Under the pieces are notes generated by a model that did not search any database, was not told where the DNA came from, and saw only the letters and a program-made list of their open reading frames with translations. The position numbers were made by a program, and so were the translations under genes. DNA of 64,000 bases, from assembly GCA_012515075.1 (NCBI GenBank), contig JAAYZC010000002.1, positions 70,048-134,047 of the forward strand, read 5' to 3'. How positions within the stretch are numbered: the stretch's first letter is position 1; each line of letters opens with the position of its first letter. Of the stretch, positions 59,568-64,000 are shown piece after piece. The stretch comes from Thermoplasmatales archaeon (GTDB lineage: Archaea > Thermoplasmatota > Thermoplasmata > Methanomassiliicoccales > Methanomethylophilaceae).

Positions 59568-59624
59568 CCCGTCGCAATCGGTGCGATGTTTTAATAACCC
59601 TCGCAGAGTTCGTAATGGGAGCAC

Positions 59625-60281
59625 ATGAAGAGGAGAACCCGTTTGATATTGGCTTTGGACGAGACCGACAGGGGAAGGGCCATTTCCGTCGCGGAGGCTG
59701 TTTCCCCGTACGTCGACGCCGTAAAGATAAATTGGCCGCTTGTCCTGTCGGCGGGACCCGGCATGATATCCGAGCTCGCGGGCATATCCGATGTCATATG
59801 CGATTTCAAGGTCGCGGACATACCGAACACCGTGCGCCTCATCGTGGAGCAGTCCGTTTCGAGGGGGGCCTCGGCGGTCATAGTGCACGCGTTCACCGGC
59901 AGGGACTCCCTGGAGACCGCGGTTGCTGCGGCCGGGGACGCCGACATATATGCCGTGACGGAGATGAGCCACCCCGGAGGCAGTACCTTCACCTCGGCCC
60001 ACGCCGAGGAGATGGCCGCCATGGGCGTGGAGTGCGGGGTCGCGGGGTTCATAGCCCCTGCCACCCGTCCAGAGAGGATCGCGGCCGTGAGGTCCCTGGT
60101 AGGCGATTTGAAGATCCTATCTCCTGGCGCCGGCGCCCAGGGGGGCAGTGCCGCCGCGGCAGTATCGGCCGGCGCGGACTACGTGATAGTCGGTCGCGCC
60201 ATATACGGCTCGGAGGATCCGGAGGGATCCGCCGCGTCCTTTGCCAGGGAGATATCCACGGCGTCCCGGGGGGCCCTGTAA
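59625..60281 (+). CDS. pyrF: Orotidine-5'-phosphate decarboxylase
   Basis: LALD, K, DFKVADIPNT, MSHPG, PG.GAQGG, IVGRAI. Confidence 0.96.
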   Translation: MKRRTRLILALDETDRGRAISVAEAVSPYVDAVKINWPLVLSAGPGMISELAGISDVICDFKVADIPNTVRLIVEQSVSRGASAVIVHAFTGRDSLETAVAAAGDADIYAVTEMSHPGGSTFTSAHAEEMAAMGVECGVAGFIAPATRPERIAAVRSLVGDLKILSPGAGAQGGSAAAAVSAGADYVIVGRAIYGSEDPEGSAASFAREISTASRGAL

Positions 60282-60370
60282 CCCCGTCAGTTATAAAGTG
60301 ACGCGCACGTCCGTAAATCTATAAATACGGTCGTAAACATGAACCGCCATTCAGAAGCGGAGATTCTAGA

Positions 60371-63300
60371 ATGCGCAAATTCGAGACTACGACAGCCGCC
60401 TCTCTCAAAGAGAGGTCAAATCGCCCATCGGGCGACGGTACGGGATGGTTGAAGAACAACAAGCGCTCGATCCTCGTGCTGTGTGCGATAGTCCTCTTCG
60501 CCCTCCTCCTGAGGGTGTTCTACGCATACGGCATATCCGCCGGCAGCGACTACGCTCTTTCCGGCGGCTCGAGTGCGGCATATCACCTGCATGTGATAGA
60601 GACCCTGATAACCAAGGGTCAGTTCATAGTGCTGGACCCCAGCGTCAACTATCCCTTCGACGGGCTCAACACGACACCGCCCATGCTGGATCTCATAGTT
60701 GCCTTCTTCGCGTGGATCGCAGCATCCACAGGCGTCTCCGCAGCAACGGCCAGCTCCGGGGCTCTGGCTTGGTTCGGTCCGATAGTCGGTTCTGTGACCT
60801 GCGTGTTCGTTTACTTCCTGGGGAAAGAGGTTTTCAGCAAGAAGGCCGGCATCCTGGCCGCGTTGCTCTACGCTCTGTTCCCGATAACGATAATAAGCAC
60901 GGTGTTCTCCAACGGCACGGAGGCCGCACTCTACGGGTTCCTGTTCGTGCTCATGTCCTACTTCCTTGTCAGGGCGGTCAAATCCCTCGACTCGGCGGAC
61001 CTGAAAGGGTTCAGGTCCGTACTGGACAACAGGGTCACTCTGGTGTACGTGCTGGCATCCGGCATAACCTTCGGCCTTCTGGCTCTCTCGTGGAACGGTT
61101 TCTACGCCGTGGTCCTCGTGCTCGTGGCCCTCATGGCCTCCCAGGCCGTTCTCGACCGTTTCAGGTCCAAGGACTTCTCGACCGTGACCGTGATGTATTC
61201 CATGGTGCTCATGATCGGCGTTCTCATCGCGGCCTGCTACTACATACCCGCGGGCCTCTGGGATGCGGTCTTCTCCGGTCCCTTCCTGGTCTCAGTCCTG
61301 TCCGCGGCCCTCTGCATGGCCTATGCCGCCCTGTCCGACAGGCCATGGACTCTCACCCTGCCGGCCCTGGCCCTGGCCGTTATAGCGTTCTTCGCTGTGA
61401 TGTTCTTCGCGGCCCCCGACCTGTTCGGAGCGATGGTCTCGGGGAACGACTTCTACGAGAACCCGATCTTCTCCTCCATGGTGGCGTCCTCGGCAGGAAA
61501 CACACTGTCGGAGCTGGCCATATTCTTCGGATGGGCCGTGTTCTGGTTCCCCATGGTGATGTTCCTCTACATGGCGTACAGGTACCCTCGCAACATGGAC
61601 TCCCGGGCATACACCTTCATCCTGTTCTGGACACTCTCGCTCGTGATCCTGACCTGGGCCTCCAGGTCGGTGGCATTCCTGGCGGCGCCGATGTACGCTG
61701 TAGGGGGGGCCGCTCTCATAGTCTGGATCCTGGACAAGTCCGACACCAGGGGATACTTCGCCAGCTTCAAGGGGGCGGACATCCGCAGCGTCTGGAAGAG
61801 GATCCTGAAACCCGCGCCTCTGATCACCGTCCTGGTGGCGGTGTTCCTGGTGGCGATGCCCGCGGCGATATACGCCGTGGACGCAAGCATCTCCAGCAAC
61901 GAGAAGGCGAATTACGGCAGCAACATCTTCGGTGCATCCGGTTACTACGTGGACACGGACGCCTCCAACAACATCAACAACCTCTGGGAGGCCTACTCCT
62001 CCGAGACCAAGGCCGGAGCCTTGGTGACATGGATCGACTACAGCTACGACGCGGTCAACAAAGGGGGTTTCCTGTCCGTGACGGATTCCAACGGAGGAGG
62101 GGCCTCGGCCGCCTCCAACATACTGCTGGCGGAAGGAAGCGCCGGCGCAACCGCCGCCATGGCGGTCCGCCTGATGATGTCCGAAGACATCTACACATTC
62201 CAGTCGATTCTGCAGGAGTTCGGTCTGGACGTCGATGCCGTGGCAGGGTTCTTCAACGACCCGGCCTCCACGAAGTCCCTGGTCCTCGGGAGCCCCGACG
62301 TTTACGGCAAGGTATCCCAGAACCTGACCGACGAGAACGCGACATATTTGGCCACGGTGGAGTACCTGACATCCTCCCTCTCCGAGACGGATGTCAACAA
62401 GTTCTACGACAAGGTCTGCTCCTCGGTGGGCAAGCAGATCAACTACGTAGCGGTCGACGGGTCCATGATGCCCCTCTACTACGGAGACGGCTCCTACTTC
62501 ATGACCCTGGCATACCTCAACGATTACGCCGTGACCTACACCACCCTTTCAAGCGGTGCTTCTCTGGGATCCCCCGGAGAGTTCTACTCCTACTCCTCCT
62601 ACTCGCCGTACTACTGCTCCTACACTGACCCCATGTACGAATCCATGTACTGGAGGGCCCTGATAGGCATGTCCCCGTCCGATGCGGGCGTGTCCTCGGG
62701 AATATCCTATCTGAGCAGCCTCGCTCTCAGCGACGGCACCTACAAAGCCGTGCCCGGGTACGGCCTCAGCAACTACGCAGTGGTCTACTGGCATGTCATG
62801 TACAACGAGGACGGGGATGCGACCCTGTCCTCGGACGGATGGGTAGACATGGACGCATACGAGGCCATGTCGCTGCAGGAGTCCCAGGGCGGTTTGATCA
62901 ACTACATAGCCGGCACTGTTATGCTGGAGTACAAGAGCAGCAACCAGATGAACAGTCTCACCGGGAAGATAAGCTACAACAACGGCACATCCACGGTCCC
63001 CGCCGAGGGCATACAGGTCGCGGTGCACGAAGCCATAGACTACAACGGCGACGGAATCGTCGACAGCTATGTCCAGCGCTGCACGGCCTACACCGACTCA
63101 CAAGGCAGGTACGAGGTATCCATAAGCAACACCGGAGTGAGCTACAAGCTGGTGTACTCCATAGGGACCTCCAGCACGACCGGGGGCAGGGAGATAAAGA
63201 CGCTGGATGAGCCCACGTCCTCCACGCCCGGGCTGACGTTCACCATCGGCTCCATAGGCATGTCGGGCAGTGTCACCCTCAACGATTCGGCCTATGCCAC

Positions 63301-64000
63301 CGGGTCCGAGCCTCTAACCGTGAAGATAGAGGGCTCCGTGACCGGATACACGGCCACCACCACGACCACCGAGGGATACTTCGCCTTCTCCGGCGTGATG
63401 CCCGACCAGTACACCATAACTGTGGCGAAGTCCGACGGCATAATCCTGGCATCCTCCACCTACAGGACCTTCGAGGGCGCCAACGCGGGCATCGAGGTTC
63501 CGGTCAGCACCGGCAAGATAACCGTGACCGTCACCGACGGCATGGGCCAGAGTGTGACGTCCGGTACCGTGATCGCGACCAACACCTCCAACGGCGCCCA
63601 GTACGAGGCGCAGATAGGTTCGGACGGCAAGGCCGTGATTCAGGTAGTCCCCGGGACGTTCACCCTGAGCACCGGCGACGGCATCGTCTCCGTGTATTCA
63701 ACCTCGGTGACTGTGGCCTCCGGAGGATCCAAGACGGCCAGCCTGACCGTTTACGGCCCGAACACCGTCACCGTCAACACGCCCATGTCCAACATGACGG
63801 TCGTGGTGAGCGCCCCCGGCATCACCGTGTCGGCCAACACCGGGTCCGCGAAGTCGGTTACCCTGACACTCCCGGTCTCCGTGGGAGCCGGCCAGGGCAA
63901 CGGATACACCTACACCGTGTACGCAACCGACGGCAGCGACTCCGGATCCTCCAAGGTATACTGGACGACCTTCCAGTACTCGGGCGCTTCGTCCACGGTC
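60371..64000 (+). CDS. STT3/AglB-like multipass membrane protein with a large extracellular beta-sandwich C-terminus; catalytic motifs degenerate; runs off the window (>1200 aa)
   Basis: Frame from ATG at 60371 has no stop in the segments I translated, and it is absent from the ORF track. Motifs LLLR, YH, DP..NYP...PP, SW.G, many TM helices, TWIDYS at the WWDYG position, YVAVD; Ser/Thr-rich repeats follow. Confidence 0.85.
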   Translation, partial: MRKFETTTAASLKERSNRPSGDGTGWLKNNKRSILVLCAIVLFALLLRVFYAYGISAGSDYALSGGSSAAYHLHVIETLITKGQFIVLDPSVNYPFDGLNTTPPMLDLIVAFFAWIAASTGVSAATASSGALAWFGPIVGSVTCVFVYFLGKEVFSKKAGILAALLYALFPITIISTVFSNGTEAALYGFLFVLMSYFLVRAVKSLDSADLKGFRSVLDNRVTLVYVLASGITFGLLALSWNGFYAVVLVLVALMASQAVLDRFRSKDFSTVTVMYSMVLMIGVLIAACYYIPAGLWDAVFSGPFLVSVLSAALCMAYAALSDRPWTLTLPALALAVIAFFAVMFFAAPDLFGAMVSGNDFYENPIFSSMVASSAGNTLSELAIFFGWAVFWFPMVMFLYMAYRYPRNMDSRAYTFILFWTLSLVILTWASRSVAFLAAPMYAVGGAALIVWILDKSDTRGYFASFKGADIRSVWKRILKPAPLITVLVAVFLVAMPAAIYAVDASISSNEKANYGSNIFGASGYYVDTDASNNINNLWEAYSSETKAGALVTWIDYSYDAVNKGGFLSVTDSNGGGASAASNILLAEGSAGATAAMAVRLMMSEDIYTFQSILQEFGLDVDAVAGFFNDPASTKSLVLGSPDVYGKVSQNLTDENATYLATVEYLTSSLSETDVNKFYDKVCSSVGKQINYVAVDGSMMPLYYGDGSYFMTLAYLNDYAVTYTTLSSGASLGSPGEFYSYSSYSPYYCSYTDPMYESMYWRALIGMSPSDAGVSSGISYLSSLALSDGTYKAVPGYGLSNYAVVYWHVMYNEDGDATLSSDGWVDMDAYEAMSLQESQGGLINYIAGTVMLEYKSSNQMNSLTGKISYNNGTSTVPAEGIQVAVHEAIDYNGDGIVDSYVQRCTAYTDSQGRYEVSISNTGVSYKLVYSIGTSSTTGGREIKTLDEPTSSTPGLTFTIGSIGMSGSVTLNDSAYATGSEPLTVKIEGSVTGYTATTTTTEGYFAFSGVMPDQYTITVAKSDGIILASSTYRTFEGANAGIEVPVSTGKITVTVTDGMGQSVTSGTVIATNTSNGAQYEAQIGSDGKAVIQVVPGTFTLSTGDGIVSVYSTSVTVASGGSKTASLTVYGPNTVTVNTPMSNMTVVVSAPGITVSANTGSAKSVTLTLPVSVGAGQGNGYTYTVYATDGSDSGSSKVYWTTFQYSGASSTV

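Noticed and set aside
60445..62628. 727-aa Arg/Gly-rich ORF in the track
   Set aside because: Off-frame shadow; the coding frame starts at 60371.

Overview
A gene-dense, GC-rich stretch of an archaeal chromosome, most likely a Methanomassiliicoccales (Thermoplasmatota) methanogen. The basis is an unsplit rpoB, archaeal ribosomal, replication and tRNA-modification genes, DNA gyrase, an HdrD-type protein without hdrE next to it, an HPS-RraA fusion and near-absence of UAG stops. Housekeeping content: rpl18a-pfdA-ftsY, priS, mcm-DUF424-nmd3, fumarase alpha/beta, thiC, gyrBA, purM, rlmE, trm56, trxA-trxB, elp3, cdc48, the rpoH-rpoB-rpoA1-rpoA2-rpl30e-nusA operon, pyrF and five tRNAs. I found no CRISPR array, transposase, integrase or prophage. 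The most notable observations: (1) an HdrD-like Fe-S protein fused through a long charged linker to a degenerate Vsr/DUF559-like domain; (2) a >1200-aa STT3/AglB-like gene missed by the ORF track, whose catalytic motifs all look degenerate; (3) a 59-nt dual-guide box C/D sRNA with its own promoter; (4) a 1786-aa Lhr helicase with repeated HTH_42/AlkZ-like modules beside an OGG1-type glycosylase and endonuclease IV; (5) a probable AUA start codon; (6) a 56-nt perfect repeat inside cdc48; (7) three small proteins below the ORF cutoff and one frameshifted pseudogene. All family assignments come from reading motifs by eye, not from database searches.
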